A stretch of DNA of 62,848 nucleotides, counting the filler, from Globobulimina sp. (Eukaryota): NCBI GenBank assembly GCA_003354225.1. It is 23 parts of 23 records of this genome, joined end to end, with 100 filler letters (N's around TTAATTAATTAA, not from the genome) between each part and the next. Parts side by side here need not be neighbours in the genome. Positions count along the whole stretch, not along the records: positions 32,858 to 35,494 come from PIVH01005589.1; positions 35,595 to 38,230 come from PIVH01005590.1; positions 38,331 to 40,966 come from PIVH01005591.1; positions 41,067 to 43,702 come from PIVH01005592.1; positions 43,803 to 46,438 come from PIVH01005593.1; positions 46,539 to 49,173 come from PIVH01005594.1; 17 more parts are not named here. One strand, given 5' to 3'. The notes beneath the pieces are model-generated. The model was given only the letters and a program-made list of their open reading frames with translations. It was not told the origin of the DNA and made no database searches. Both the position numbers and the translations under genes were made by a program. The stretch's first letter is position 1, and every line of letters begins with the position of its first letter. Shown piece by piece: positions 33,475 to 47,053 of the stretch.

Positions 33475-35494
33475 TCAAAAACAAAACATATGTAATTGTA
33501 CCTTAAATGACTTCCTATCGCTGGCGCCGGTCTTCAACGAGGTAGTGGTCGTAATATCTTTATCTTCGCTGATCGGCACACTGACCAACAAACGCTGTTC
33601 CTGAGCAGTATACTCCTCATCGTACTCATCCTCCTCTTTTTTATCCATAGACTCCGACCCCAAACACGAATAATCGCTCACTTCCTCCTCCTCCTCCTCC
33701 ATCGTAGTGGTCTTGGTCAAACCCATCAATTTGGCCAGTTTTGGGTTCAAATGCGACGTTTTCTCGCCATGGTAATCTTGCCGATTCATATCCAAATACA
33801 ACACCACAGAGTCTTCAATCGATACATACGGCTCGTCCACTACGGGTAATAGGGCCGGCGCGAAGGCCTTGGAATTCATATCAGTGATATGGACCACCTG
33901 TCCATTGAGCAGGACACCGACACCTCGGTTCACGCGGATTTCGCAGCGATATCGGTTATGTGGGTCGAAAAAGGATAATGGCGATTGGTACACAATATTG
34001 TCCAAATCGGATAAGTCCACCCCGTTCATCACCTGTTGGTCGCTGAAATAAAATCGCATCACGTCGCACGCAGCGCATTTCCATAATGTGTCCCAGAAAT
34101 CAATGTTGCTGTCCTTTAATAGGGACAATAAGCTCAAATCTAGCCAATAGCCATGACATTGATCGGTGGAGATCATAAAGTTAAAATCATGCACGTTGTC
34201 TTGTAGCAAGGCGTAGACATCCAACACATCGCCACGTTCCTTTGTATGGATATGCCGCCTATTCCCTTCATAGATAAATATCGTACCACGCGTAATCACA
34301 AATAATTTACGCGATTTGTTCCCTTCACGCATCAAATATTCACCTTTTCCAACACAACAAACAATCAAAAATCAGCAACAAAAAATAAAATCAACGACGT
34401 TTTTTAACATTAACAAACAATCAAAAATTGCAAAAATAGCGTAAAAATCGTACCTTTTTTATACCACTTGCTAGGTTTTGCGCGTTCGATAATTAACTTC
34501 TTCTCGGCATTGGACAACTCACTGAACAGAGGCGACTGCAACAAAATGCTCTCATCGTCGTGGTTTTTATCCAATAATTTGGTGTACGTAGTATGGAACA
34601 ATTGGTTTAAGCTCTCCTCACAACACGTCATCACCCGGCCATGTTCCGCTTCGTCTAAAAAGCCTTTATGCAGCAAATGATCAATTTCCTCCTTCTGATA
34701 ATTCAACAGCGAATGTGCCGCATGCTTCGTCTGTATCGCAGTATGGACCTCGGGATACACGCGAACCACATCGCTGCCGGTCACCTCAATCCAATCCGTG
34801 ACATCCTTCAACTGTCCCTCTACAAACTTAATGTGCTTATTATCGATGCTGTCATTATGCAGCAGCAAATGGCAAAACTCCATGGCAGACTTGCTCGCGT
34901 ACACAAAGCCGGAGGCGATCTCCACTGCGAAGCCCAAATTGCCAAACAGCAGCCATTCAGACAGTTTCTTTATATATCTCACCTGCGACTGATGCATGGT
35001 CTTAATATACCATGGTATACTAAACCACTTCTTCAAATTCTTGCGTTGTTTGGTCAAATCGTGTTCGTCCATTGCATCCTCGCTCGATTCCACCAAAATG
35101 TTGACCGCGTCGGCCGAAATCAAGCCATTTTCGTACTGCGTCCAATACGACGATTTCATGACAGATATGACGCGTTTCTCCACTGCTTGTTTTTGCTGCG
35201 ACTCACGGTCCGCCCGCTGTAATTCCGCCAGCATATTGATAATCAGATCGGGCTCACTTTCATCCACCGACAAGTCGTCCAAATGTTCGTCTTCTTCGCA
35301 GTTCATTTCCTCGCCAAAGATACTGAGATATAACTCGTTATCTTTCGGCTGCAATTGGTCCACTTTCAGCCAGTTTGCGCCAATGTAATGTTTGTCCAAT
35401 TTCATTTCGTTCAATTTGTGATGAACGTCGTCCATTAAATGCTGCGTGGCAGACTTGAACAAAGCAGCCGTGTCCGACGGCGGTTTGTTTAATC
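33475..35494 (-). CDS. SOS1/NHX7/SLC9C-type Na+/H+ exchanger, cytosolic tail with cyclic-nucleotide-binding domain (5' partial)
   Basis: KSSYWTQYENGLISADAVNILVESSEDAMD and LLHKGFLDEAE. Intron 34344-34453 restores YKKG|EYLMREG...LFVITRGTI of a CNBD. Confidence 0.8.
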
Positions 35495-35594
35495 NNNNNN
35501 NNNNNNNNNNNNNNNNNNNNNNNNNNNNNNNNNNNNNNTTAATTAATTAANNNNNNNNNNNNNNNNNNNNNNNNNNNNNNNNNNNNNNNNNNNN

Positions 35595-36273
35595 GAGGAA
35601 AAATATCGCGCTCAGTATACAAAATGTGATATCACGTGATTGTGCCACTGGGTTCCTTGGGATTGGTGGAAACAAAGGTGGCGTTGGTATAAGATTTAAT
35701 ATTTATGGAACAAGTGTTTGTTTTATATGTTGCCATTTAGCTGCACATAAATCTGAGGTCAAAGCCAGAAACGATAATTATCATAAAATAATAAACGAAT
35801 TAACATTTGCGAAGAAACACGGTTTTATGGATTATATTTATGATAATGAGAGCAAAATGAATGAAGATGATTCGTTAACGATATTAGATCATGATTTTAT
35901 TTTTATTTTTGGAGACTTAAATTATCGATTAAATTATGATGGGAATGAGTTAGAAAAAGTTTATCGATTAATTAAGAAAGAAAAATGGGATGATTTATTA
36001 TTAAAAGATCAATTATTAAATACAATGAAAAACAAGGATGCTTTTGGTGGATTTGAGGAATTTAAAATTAATTTTCAACCTACATTCAAATTTGAACCTG
36101 GGACAAATGAATATGAACAGATTAAAAAAAGAATGCCGTCATATTGTGATAGAATATTATTCAAAACAAACAATAGTAATCAAAAAATAAATTGCGTGAA
36201 ATATGACACTTATTTACCACAAAATATGTCTGATCATAAACCTGTTGTTGCTTTATATCAATTACAACTGTAA
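35595..36273 (+). CDS. Inositol polyphosphate 5-phosphatase, catalytic C-terminus (5' partial)
   Basis: GNKGGV, CCHLAAH, FGDLNYR, PTFKF, PSYCDRIL, SDHKPV. Confidence 0.93.
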
Positions 36274-36307
36274 ACATGTGTTAATTCAATATACAAAAAA
36301 TATATAC

Positions 36308-36507
36308 TGACTCAGGTAGGATTCAAACCTACATCCATGTGCATTGCAATATTTCATATAACGATTTCTATGTTGATAAAGTATCGTTTACGTAACGGAC
36401 ACCATAAAAACAAACTGTTTTAAAAAAAAGCAAATGAGGTTATTGTTGGTGGAACAGCCTAAGCTGCAGACACATGCTTTATCATAAACTCGTTGAGCTA
36501 CTGAGTC
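36308..36507 (-). tRNA. tRNA-like gene with anticodon GCA (Cys) and a 120-nt intron at canonical position 37/38; probably degenerate
   Basis: Minus strand reads GACTCAG TA GCTC..AAGC A TGTGT CT GCA G [36463-36344] T GCACA TGGAT GTAGG TTTGAAT CCTAC CTGAGTC A. The 7-bp acceptor and 5-bp T stems are perfect; the D and T loops deviate from consensus. Confidence 0.65.
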
Positions 36508-36654
36508 TTTTTCTATCAATAACAGAATATAATAGGTTGTATTTAATGTACGAAAATATCACTCGTAATTTATTGTGGGAAACAAAATTTAAATGCAAAA
36601 ACGATATATCAAATGTCAAAACTTTTTTTTGAAGTGAAACAAAAATAATTTACC

Positions 36655-38181
36655 ATGTCTTTAGCAAAAGCATTACAGAATGTAACAAACACACAGTATG
36701 TTAAATGAAAGTAATTTGATAAAACGTTGTTATATAATGTATACTGTATATGACAGAAAAACGAAAAAAACGAAACAAGTAACAGAGGAAAAGGATCCGG
36801 AAGAATCAATTGAGAATGTATTAACAGCACCAAATCCGTTGGAGAAACAATCAAATTCATTACCGAGCAATTTTGTACTATCCGGCTTCAATATTATGGA
36901 ACAAAAATTGAATAATTTGAAATCAGAACGTGAATTAAGGCATACTATGATGAAATTGCATGAACTTGAAAATGAGCACAAAAAATCAATTAAGTTTATC
37001 AATCAATTAAAGAAACAAAAAGAAGATTTGATAACAGAGAGAGAAATAAATGAAAACCAAATAAAAACGTTACAGGAAAGAAACAAATTATTACAAGTTA
37101 TGTACGACAGTGATACTTGCAAACACAAACAAGAAATTGATGCAGTTAAAAAACAACTAAATGAGTCAAAACATACTATTACACAAAAAAACAATGAATT
37201 AAATGCTGTCAATGACTTTCAAAAATCCATGCAATTAATGCAGCACATATATCAGGACAATGATAAAAACACTGATCACAAATACAATGTTAACAGTGAT
37301 AATCATGAGAGCATGCAACAAAACAATGCGAGCAACCTACAAATTGATAAGTTGTTATCTGAATTGATTGAATTAAGGTATCATGAACCAATATTTCCGG
37401 TGATTAATAACTGATAATTATCACAAAACATTTTCGAGTTTTGAGACAGAAACATATTGTGATATTTTTCAGTCAATAACTCCTCAAAATATTGTGTTTG
37501 TTGTGCTATATTTTAAGAAATTTAAAAACGGAGAAAGTATCGCTACAAAACGAAATAAATAAATTGAATGAAATGGCACAGTCAGATTTGATGAAAATGA
37601 GTGAAGAAATCATTGATTTAAAAGCAAAAACTAATACATTGCAACGAGAAAAGGATGAAGTAATGTTATTGTTGGAAGAAGCCAAAGTACGCAGTATTTA
37701 TAAGAATATGAATTCTTCATTCGATGACTTGCCGCATTTTATGCATAAACTTTCATATTGTTCTGACCAAAGCAGTGCGAGTCAGAATGTGAATGTGGTG
37801 GACTACGATGAGAAAAATGATTTTAGCGAATATGCAGAATATGAAAATGCTAAATTACAAAGTCCGTTGAGTTTAAACCCGAAAAAGGAGAGAAAAATTG
37901 CAGATGTAACAAAAGAATACTTACATTTAACTGCATCTGTGGTAAAAATGAAATTTGCAAATAAAGTGCAGCACATTACGTCAGCGGATTTAATTGAAAG
38001 AGTACAAAGCTTTCATTTTTGTCATTATCATGATATGATGGTAACTATTATGAGAAATGAAGAGAAAAAAATGAAACAACAAAAACAAAAACAAAAACAA
38101 CATGCTGATAAATTAGGGAAAAATGACAAGAATCAGAAAAAAGGAATTTTCAATAAATTTAAAAATCGTTTCAGATCTTAA
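36655..38181 (+). CDS. Hypothetical coiled-coil protein (3 exons)
   Basis: ATG 36655. Intron 36696-36756 restores the frame, and a second intron at about 37378-37518 joins the two tracked ORFs. Heptad-rich. Confidence 0.65.
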
Positions 38182-38330
38182 TTTATTTGTTTGCATAGGA
38201 GAGAAATTCGAAGATATAAGATATATATTTNNNNNNNNNNNNNNNNNNNNNNNNNNNNNNNNNNNNNNNNNNNNTTAATTAATTAANNNNNNNNNNNNNN
38301 NNNNNNNNNNNNNNNNNNNNNNNNNNNNNN

Positions 38331-40966
38331 ATTTCCATTTCCTCCGCGCTTGATAGAAATCTGAGTGATTGCATTTACAGTTTTTATTGACATTCAATAC
38401 AATACCTTTGGATTTTAATGCATGGCATGGGACAAAACCACGCCATTCGTCCATACGGGCTCTTACACAAATTTTGCTGTCAATGGTAATATGGATATCG
38501 TCATTCAGTCGTAAATTAGTTAGGAATTGTCTGCAGTTAAAGTTGGTAGTATCCAATAACGCCAATTTGATTCTGTTGACGTAACTCAACTTGCTTTCAA
38601 CTGCAAGCTTGTGATTCTCATCGCGAAACCGATTCGGTGTCAGAGTCTCTTTCAGATTGGGGCCAGCTCTTTGGAAGGTTTCCTTAAAAAATGAAAGTGG
38701 CATCAATGTGGTGAGAATGGTGTCACCTTTAATATGAATGTGCCAATTCCTCCGAATAATATTCTGAAAAAGGCCTTGTAATAATGGGTGGAATTTATGG
38801 ATGAATCTGGCACAGCAATCACGATCAATATCTGTTTTCACATTACTCCTGAAATTGAACGAATGGCTCTTCATAGGATTCCAACGGTGCAGTGCTTGAA
38901 TCTTAGTCATCGAGGCGTAATAATTGAAGATTGTATTGGTTATCAATGGGTCATATTTACGTGCAATAAGATAACATTTATAATGATACATAGCTTCCTC
39001 CAAATAGATATCGTCAGTAATGGAGCGAATTCGCAGTGCAACACCGTTGATGGTGCCCGTAAATGTCGTGCCAGGATGACAGGAATGTGCATCCAAATAA
39101 GCGTGCGGGTCGGTAGGCTTCGGAGAGACCCTTGATACCAACTGCTTCAAAAACAAATCATAAATAACCTTAACTTCCAATATCTGAATGGATAAAGGCT
39201 CAAAAGTGTTGATATCTGTCGTGAATTTAATGTTTGACACATCCTTGCGATTCTCACCTAATCCAAAGTTGTATTCCTCGAAGATAATATCAATAGGTTT
39301 GTCATGGAGAGGATTATAATCAAAAAGATGATTCATCCCCGCTCTTAACATAAATACGTCAAATAAGGTGCCGTCACCAATGATGAGATAATCATCACGG
39401 TAGCGACCAGAATAGAGAATGCTCAGACAACAGACTTCTTTGACCCACTGCTGGTTCTGGAGCAATAAATCAAATATAATCATAACAAAATCACAGAGCT
39501 GGGCTGCAAAATCAACTCCTTGACCAATGCCACTGTAAGGAATAAAATGCTCGCCATTGAAATCAGAAATGTTGTTTGTAATACAAAAGAATAATAAATC
39601 GCGAATACATTCAGGCGAAGGATGTATATAATCGGTGGTGTCAGCTGTCGAATAAACAAATTTCAACATTAATAAACTTAACTTATGCAAAATAGACGGG
39701 TACATTCCCACGACATCCATGGAGAAGATCATCAGCGTTCTTTTAACCGCTGCTCGGTGCAAAGCAGGCAGTTTATTCAGTTCATTCAATATCAGCATCA
39801 ATGATTTTGTATCTTTTATTTGATAATTCAATGAATTCCATTGTGGCAGGAAATGAAATAAAATTAATTGCATAGTCGGTTTCAGGAATGTGCCGCAGGA
39901 CGAATTAATTGCACGTTGCGAGGTTGGATCACGTTTATGATCCTTGTATTGGCAGTATATATTGGATGGTTTATAAAAATAATGGAATGGGTACTTCGCT
40001 TTCAGGCATTCGATCCAAGCGAAAGAAAGTTCGCCTTTTTCATACCAAAAAAGCAACTTATCATTGAATTCAAAAGCCAGGGCGGCTAAATTAAAACCAT
40101 TGACTGGTAACATATTCTGCTTTAAAATGGTTGTTCTAGATTTGGAGTTATACGCATCAGAGGTTGTAAATACGTAATTCCCCGTCTTATCAGTTGGTCT
40201 TTGAATGATTGAGGGATGTTCCAATAATTCCACAATGGCTGATTCCTGTTCGTCGGTCAGGTTATGGGGGAATACGGAGTTTCGTTGAATGGCTTGAGCC
40301 TCATTAATATATTCGGTGGTGACTGACTTGAGGAATGATTCAAGGTTAACTTTGCTGGAATAGTCAACCACCTTCTTCAGGCCGCCAAGGGATACATAAT
40401 TTGGATGAAAATCACTATAATCTTCCTCTGGGAATTCAATATCTGCAGCATCCCAAACATCGATAATCGAACGAATTTTGTTGTACCAATGTGTATTATA
40501 TCTGGGTACGTCCGGCCGTTTGGGTTTCGGCGGTTCGTCGTTATCTAAATCAGCAGGAGGCGCCGCATATTCTTCCTCAGGTTTGTTAAAAAACCAATGT
40601 AGGCGGCAGCTCCGCGTGAAATTGAATAAACCAATGTGTATATTATGGAAGTCAAATTGTTGTGGTGTACTGACAAATTTCAGGCTTAGTTTCAGGACAG
40701 CCAATAATTCGTTGGATGGGATAAAATCAGGGACAAAATTAGTTGGTGTCTGTGTAGGAGTTACCTTCTTCGCTTCGGACAGGAAGATCATTCGAAGCTT
40801 CTTTTTATGTTTCCGAATCAAACGATTTTTTCGCAGTTTACGGTGACGTTTGCTTATATAACGACGGCTGATTGAGTGCGACCGAGATTTTGCATGGACA
40901 TTAATAGAACGGGGCGGTGCATGACGAGGAATTTCGAATAATTTAGGTTGATTCCGCCGAACCATA
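38331..40966 (-). mobile_element. Penelope-like retroelement ORF (RT, thumb, Cys-rich linker; cut by contig ends)
   Basis: LKLSLKFV, RPTDKTGNYV, SMDVVGMYPSI, GIGQG, SGRYRDDYL, IKFTT, KPTDPHAYLDAHSCHP, IIRRNWHI...NLKETL, GFVPC...CKCNH. These match PLE RT and Neptune-type linker signatures. Confidence 0.88.
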
Positions 40967-41212
40967 NNNNNNNNNNNNNNNNNNNNNNNNNNNNNNNNNN
41001 NNNNNNNNNNTTAATTAATTAANNNNNNNNNNNNNNNNNNNNNNNNNNNNNNNNNNNNNNNNNNNNTCAAATATAAACAACAAAAAATACAAAATTAAAA
41101 AAAAAACATCACCCAACACATCGCAACAAAATAAAAAAAAATTGGGAAAGAAAAAAATATAAAAAGTAATAAAATGATTTCACGTTCAATCAATATTCAA
41201 TATAAAAATCTT

Positions 41213-43702
41213 TTACACAAAAATTTTGTTTTTTAAGTCGTTATGTGTCAATAAACTAAAACTGAAGAGAAAGTCTGGAAATTTTAAACAGTCTCGAAAA
41301 TCGAAAAAGAAAATATGTATTTTAATTATTTCACGGATTACAAAATAATCCTCGTCCGAATACGAATCAGAATCCGTAGAATCTGAGGCATCGTCGGTGG
41401 TGGGACCTAATGAATTCTGCAATAACTGGTCTAATTGCTGCTGGTTGTTAGCCACATTCATATTCGGCACCTGCGTCTCCGTCGCATTCTGTGCTTCCAT
41501 CTGCAAACTCACAGTCACAATAAATTGCTTCCACACTTGATTACCATTAAAAAACGACACAATGTCCCATTGATCCTCCGCTTCTTTGCTAAAATTCGGC
41601 TTTAACACAATATCCTCGTCGCCAAACTCTTCATTGCTATACAGGCTCTCCTCTTGCTTCTCCTCCTTCACATCCGTATCATTCTCATTCTGCCCTCTTT
41701 CCCCCTCTCCAGCTACCTCCTCCTCGTCATCGCCCACCGGCAAAGTCTCATTAATCACCACCGAGTCCCTCTGTTCCTCCTCCTCCTCCTCCTCCGCCTC
41801 TTGCGTCTGCTCCTCTTCCTCCTCGTCATCATCGTCCCTCTGATCGTGATTGTAAATATCCCACAACATCTGCAAGATATAGCCATGTAACGTGGTGCGT
41901 GGATGTGGCTTATTCTCATAAAAATCGACAAACCGCTCCAACAACTTATCATTGACAAACAAGTGCTTCAAGAAGCGTCTGCGGAATATCATCGACAAAT
42001 GGATCAATCGCCGGAAATGGCACAAATACATATTATTCTCGTTGTGCACGAAGGCCATATTCAACAATTCGCTCCAAAACTGCGTGGGTAATAAGCCCAA
42101 CACATTGCCACATTTAAACTGCGCGAAATCCGCACTCACCGTCAACAGCTCCAAGCAATTCAACTTGACCTGGCCAAAAGGTCTGGAGATAGTGCCCGAC
42201 GCCAATTTGATCGCACTCTGCGCAGAGTTGTCGCTCGTGATCGTGGCGCACATCTTCGGTATGAAGGTATGCAATCTCTGCAACGATTTATCAAACATAG
42301 GGTGTAATATATTGGTCATCGGATCGGGCGCAACGACGCCTAACATCCCCGCCATGGCGCTGGCCGGATCCATGATGGTTGGACGCGAGCTGATGTCCAG
42401 GAATTGCACCAAAGTCTGTCCGCACGAGATGCGGTGCCAAATAGTGAGCTTTTCGTCCAACAGACCATTCATAAACGAGTCGATGATCAAATGCTCAAAA
42501 CCTAAGAACAAATCCGCCGCTTCGGAGATGGAAGCACATCTCGCCACCATATCTATGAAGAAAGTCGCATATTTGGTAGCAATGTCGTCGCCGTGCTGCG
42601 TGCTCGTCGACACCGTCAATAAATAGGGCATGAATTTCCACTCTACAAACATCGCAATCAACTTCTTCTTGACCGGCTGGATCTGTCCGATCTTGGTATT
42701 GGGCCGAAAACAAATCAAATCCAAGAAAAAGGAATTTAAATTGCCTTGATGCAAATTGCGAAACAACGCGCATTGTAACAACGATTGGATATGGCGCTGA
42801 TTGGCCAGCGCCGCCATGAACGATTTGGGCCAATGATTCAATAAAATCTCCAACACTACGCGGCCATGGTACACATTGCCGGAACTCAGAGGATGAAATA
42901 CCGCCAAAGCATGCAGGCAGATCTCCTGACATTTGCGTAACAGGAAAGATTTCACCGTCTCGGCGCAATGCTCATTGGATAAGATGCGCATCAACGAATA
43001 GCTCAACTGCGTATTGCGAATTTCGTCCGTCTCGCCGGAATATAACGCCTTTGTGGCATGGATAATTAACGAAAAGTCCACATCCAAGTTTTCTTGCCAT
43101 ATCTTTGGGCCTTGCGGCATGCGGCTGATATAACTCATCAATAAATGGGTCATGTTATCCTTGGAGAGGAATTCGATCATTTTCCAATTGATTTGCGGGT
43201 CTTTTAAGTCCAAGAAGGACTCAATCAAATCTCGCGCATCATTCTCCGAGGATTGCCCACCGATAATATCTCCATCCGTAGGGTCATCGGAAGAGGAGCT
43301 GTCCTCATCACTGCTGTCCTCATCATCCTCCTCCTCCTCATCGTCCTCCTCATCCTCGGCATCACCATCCGCCACCAGCACCTCATCGGGCTCCTTCACC
43401 GCACTCTCAATGGTGTCAATAATGCCGCGATCATCTTTGGCCTCTGCCTTGACATAGTCTACCTCAGTCGTGGTGCTCTCGGATATCTCAGTGCTATTCT
43501 CACTGCTCACACTCGTCGGTGTGCTCGCATCCGCATCCATACTCACATCGTGTGCCATATTGACCAATAGCGAAGCTTTCACTGTATTTGCGCCCAAGAC
43601 CATAACTCAACCCCTCGAAGCTAGTTCGACCTCAATAGCCCAAAGTACTTCTTTTGGCGAAGCATCTGGCACAGCCAATAAAATTGCCTCATCTCCTGTT
43701 CA
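41213..43702 (-). CDS. SAPS / SIT4-PP6 phosphatase-associated protein-like (5' partial; 3' end uncertain)
   Basis: RPFGQVKLNCLELL, LLNMAFVHNENNMYLCH, LHGYILQM; helical core with acidic low-complexity flanks. Confidence 0.7.
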
Positions 43703-43802
43703 NNNNNNNNNNNNNNNNNNNNNNNNNNNNNNNNNNNNNNNNNNNNTTAATTAATTAANNNNNNNNNNNNNNNNNNNNNNNNNNNNNNNNNNNNNNNNNN
43801 NN

Positions 43803-44911
43803 TATATTTTTTATGAGGAATAAAGGTGAAAAAAGAGTGCGCAGTAAACAGCACACTACGAATATGATGCAGAGCAGGAATAATATGAATATGCTGCAAA
43901 ACCAGCAAATGACGAGTACCAAAGATAGGACGCGTTTGACTTCGCGACCTTTGTCGGACAGAGATCGCACCCAATTTATGACGATGCTAAGGTATGGATT
44001 GTCTGAATGTGTCAAATTAACTTTTCTGGAATGCTTGGATGTTTTTGGCTTTTTGCAGGGCTTTGAATTGCAAACGATTTAAGATCAAAGAAGCGATGAT
44101 ATTTTGTCTGGATCACAGTGAGTTTGGCAAAGAAGTTTGCGAGATATTGTCCGAGGCATTGACCTTAAATGAAACCACATTTCATAAGAAATTGGCGCGA
44201 TTATTTTTGGTATCGGACGTATTGTGTAATTGCAACACGGCGAAGAAAAAGAACGCATCTTTGTATCGCATTGAATTCAAAAATAACCATTTACTCAAAA
44301 TATTTAAGTCATTGCATTGTTTATTGATCAATGATTCTGCAAATAACAAAGACAGGAAAATGATGAAAGAGAAGGTGTTGAAAGTCATCAAAGTATGGGA
44401 TAAAGCAGTTATTTTTCCATCTTTCTTCACCTCTCAGTTGAAGCAGTTATTTATTTATGGGGAGATTATGAAAAAAAGTAATTTTAAAAGTAAACATATG
44501 TCAACAAAGAAGAAGAAGAGCAATGATAATATGAATCAGAGTGATATTGCTTTTGCAGAAGCGGAGCAAAGGAAAATTAATAAGGAGAAAAATAAGAATT
44601 TAGTGTATCCGCCGCATGCAAAATTATTTATTGCCAAGAAAACAAATAATCCAAATAAGGCATTTACATCCTATTCGTTTGCAAAGTTAACAAAGAAAAA
44701 TGTGAATGAGAGCGAGGATTTGTGTATAGATCGGAAAACAAATGTTTTTACAAAACTGATGCAGAATAATAATAATGGACAGATCTGTGATAATGAGAAT
44801 AAAAATGGTAATAACGGGTTCAATATGGATAAAATGCGAAATATAAATCCTGGGAAATACGATGGGGAACCACTACCAATTGATGAATGTGTTGATATTG
44901 AACTTTTGTGA
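43803..44911 (+). CDS. U2SURP: U2 snRNP-associated SURP protein (SR140), CID and C-terminal region (5' partial)
   Basis: Intron 43992-44058. IKEAMIFCLDHSE...ILSEALT..ET...KLARLFLVSDVLCN, KVLKVIKVW, DGEPL. Confidence 0.82.
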
Positions 44912-45000
44912 ATTTGTAACCTATTATGTGCTGACTGTTATTGTTCTTGCTCTTTACTGTTTTTATTATTATTATTCATTGTTTTGTCATCATTTTCCTA

Positions 45001-46438
45001 ATGTGCAAGCGTAACGGAACATTATTAAGTTTTTATTGTGAAATAGATATAAGGATATTGACATTGCGAACCATTTCTTTCTTCTCCGTTACAGCCGCAT
45101 GCAGCGTATCAAGATTTCTGGTGGTATTTTTAAATAAATATTTTAACGCACAACAAATAGGAATGATAGCTGGATCACGTCGCGGCAGTGGTTTTTTTGC
45201 ATCTTTTTTATGGGGTTTTATTGGTGATTGGACAGAAAGACATCTACTTTGTTTAATTTGTGGTTCAATCCTTAGCACAGTTCTCATGAATGGTTTTTTA
45301 TTCAGTTTTATTGGCACAAACTTTTGGTATGCCTTGCTTCTGTCAAATATAACAACAATCTTTGGAAAAGCAAGCTGTTTATTCGATGCTCTGATCTTAT
45401 TGGTTTTAGGAGATGAGGGAACTAAAAGTTACGGCGCTACTCGTTTATGGGGAGCTGTTGGATGGGGATTTGGTGCGTTACTTTGTGGTGCATTGTTAGC
45501 TCAATTTGGTGAAGAATATTTGTTTTGGTTTTACGATGGGACATCTTCCATTCCTCTGACGATTATGATAGTATCTTCATCATATTTGAGGTATATAATA
45601 TATATAAACTTCATATATACCTCAACTAAGCAATACATTATGTGTTTAAGCATGAAAAAAGTCCCAAAACAATATGGAAATCAACAGCATGAAAAACAAA
45701 AAGTTATTAACGATAATATGCCTTTCGATGATGCTGCAGAACTGAATAACACATTAAACGCAAAATTATTCAGACAAAATGTGTGCACATCGTATGGTTT
45801 TATATTTTTTGCAAATTTATTGATATTTGGCATATGTATGGCTTTTGTTGAAAATTATTTATTTTTATTTTTATTAAATTATTTTAACGCCACAACGGTT
45901 TTGTGCGGATTGACTATTGTTATGATGGTGGCAGGCGAGGTGCCAATGTTTTATTGGAGTAAAATGCTGTTAGATAAGATTGGAATCATTGGTTTATTAT
46001 CACTGGCTCATTTTGCATATGTTATAAGATGTATTGGATATACCTTATTGCCGCAAACAAGATATTATTCGTGGTTTATATTATTTATTGAGCCATTGCA
46101 TGGATTCACATTTGGCGGTATGTGGATTGCTTCGGTTGAATACGGATCACAATTGGCACCAAAAAATCTTCAAGGGACCATGCAAGGATTAATTGCTGCC
46201 ATTTATCAATGTTTGGCATCATGCATTGGAACTGTTATAGGTGGCATTATCTATCATCATTGTGGTCCTCTATTTATGTATCGATTATCTGCTGCGGTTA
46301 TAGCTGTCTGGATGATATTCTTTCAAATATCGTTGCGTGTCATAAGACTTTGTGATAACAGACGTGGAATTAAAATAATGTTTGGTGGAAATACTATTCG
46401 TGAGAGCCAATTGCAAGCAGATTCGCAAGATTCGCAAG
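45001..46438 (+). CDS. MFSD6-like major facilitator superfamily transporter (3' partial)
   Basis: WGFIGDW, YGATRLWGAVGWG, GEVPMF, EPLHGFTFG, APKNLQGTMQG; about 12 TM segments. Probable stopless 60-nt intron at 45591-45650. Confidence 0.88.
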
Positions 46439-46538
46439 NNNNNNNNNNNNNNNNNNNNNNNNNNNNNNNNNNNNNNNNNNNNTTAATTAATTAANNNNNN
46501 NNNNNNNNNNNNNNNNNNNNNNNNNNNNNNNNNNNNNN

Positions 46539-46854
46539 CTTTACTGTCATTTTTTTTATATGCTGTGATAAATGTATAACTTGAATCCAATTCTTTACAA
46601 TAAATTCTTTGACAAATAATTATTTTATTTCCTTGTTGTGGTAAGGATAATAATTTTAAATATACTTTAAATGAACCAACATTATTATCTCTATTACCAT
46701 TTGGATATGCGCCAATACACCAATCTAATGAACACATTTTAAATATCTGTGATGTAAATTCCTGTCTATTCTCTGCTTTAATCATTTGTGTTAATTTATT
46801 GCCTTCAATAATCCATTCATACTGTCCTTTGTACATATTACTGTCTTCTGCCAT
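46539..46854 (-). CDS. MATH/TRAF-domain protein N-terminus (3' partial)
   Basis: YEWII...FTSQIF...WCIGAYPNG...VYLKLLSLP. Confidence 0.7.
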
Positions 46855-47053
46855 TGTTACAAACAAAAACAAAAAATTTGGACTGCGTCTGGACCAAGCC
46901 TTATTTCCGCATTATAAGTTCACATTTGAATAAGGAATAAAAACAAAAACGGAAAAGCAGTAAATACAATTACTAAATTGAAATAAGATAAAAACAAAAC
47001 AAATGAAACGAGTTAAAAGATTAAATAATGTAAACAGTTTACGCGAGTCAGTT

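Noticed and set aside
41586..43754. Many overlapping antisense and alternate-frame ORFs (also in 33869-35388, 47298-48976 and elsewhere)
   Set aside because: Shadow ORFs of GC-richer real genes; low-complexity translations with no motifs.
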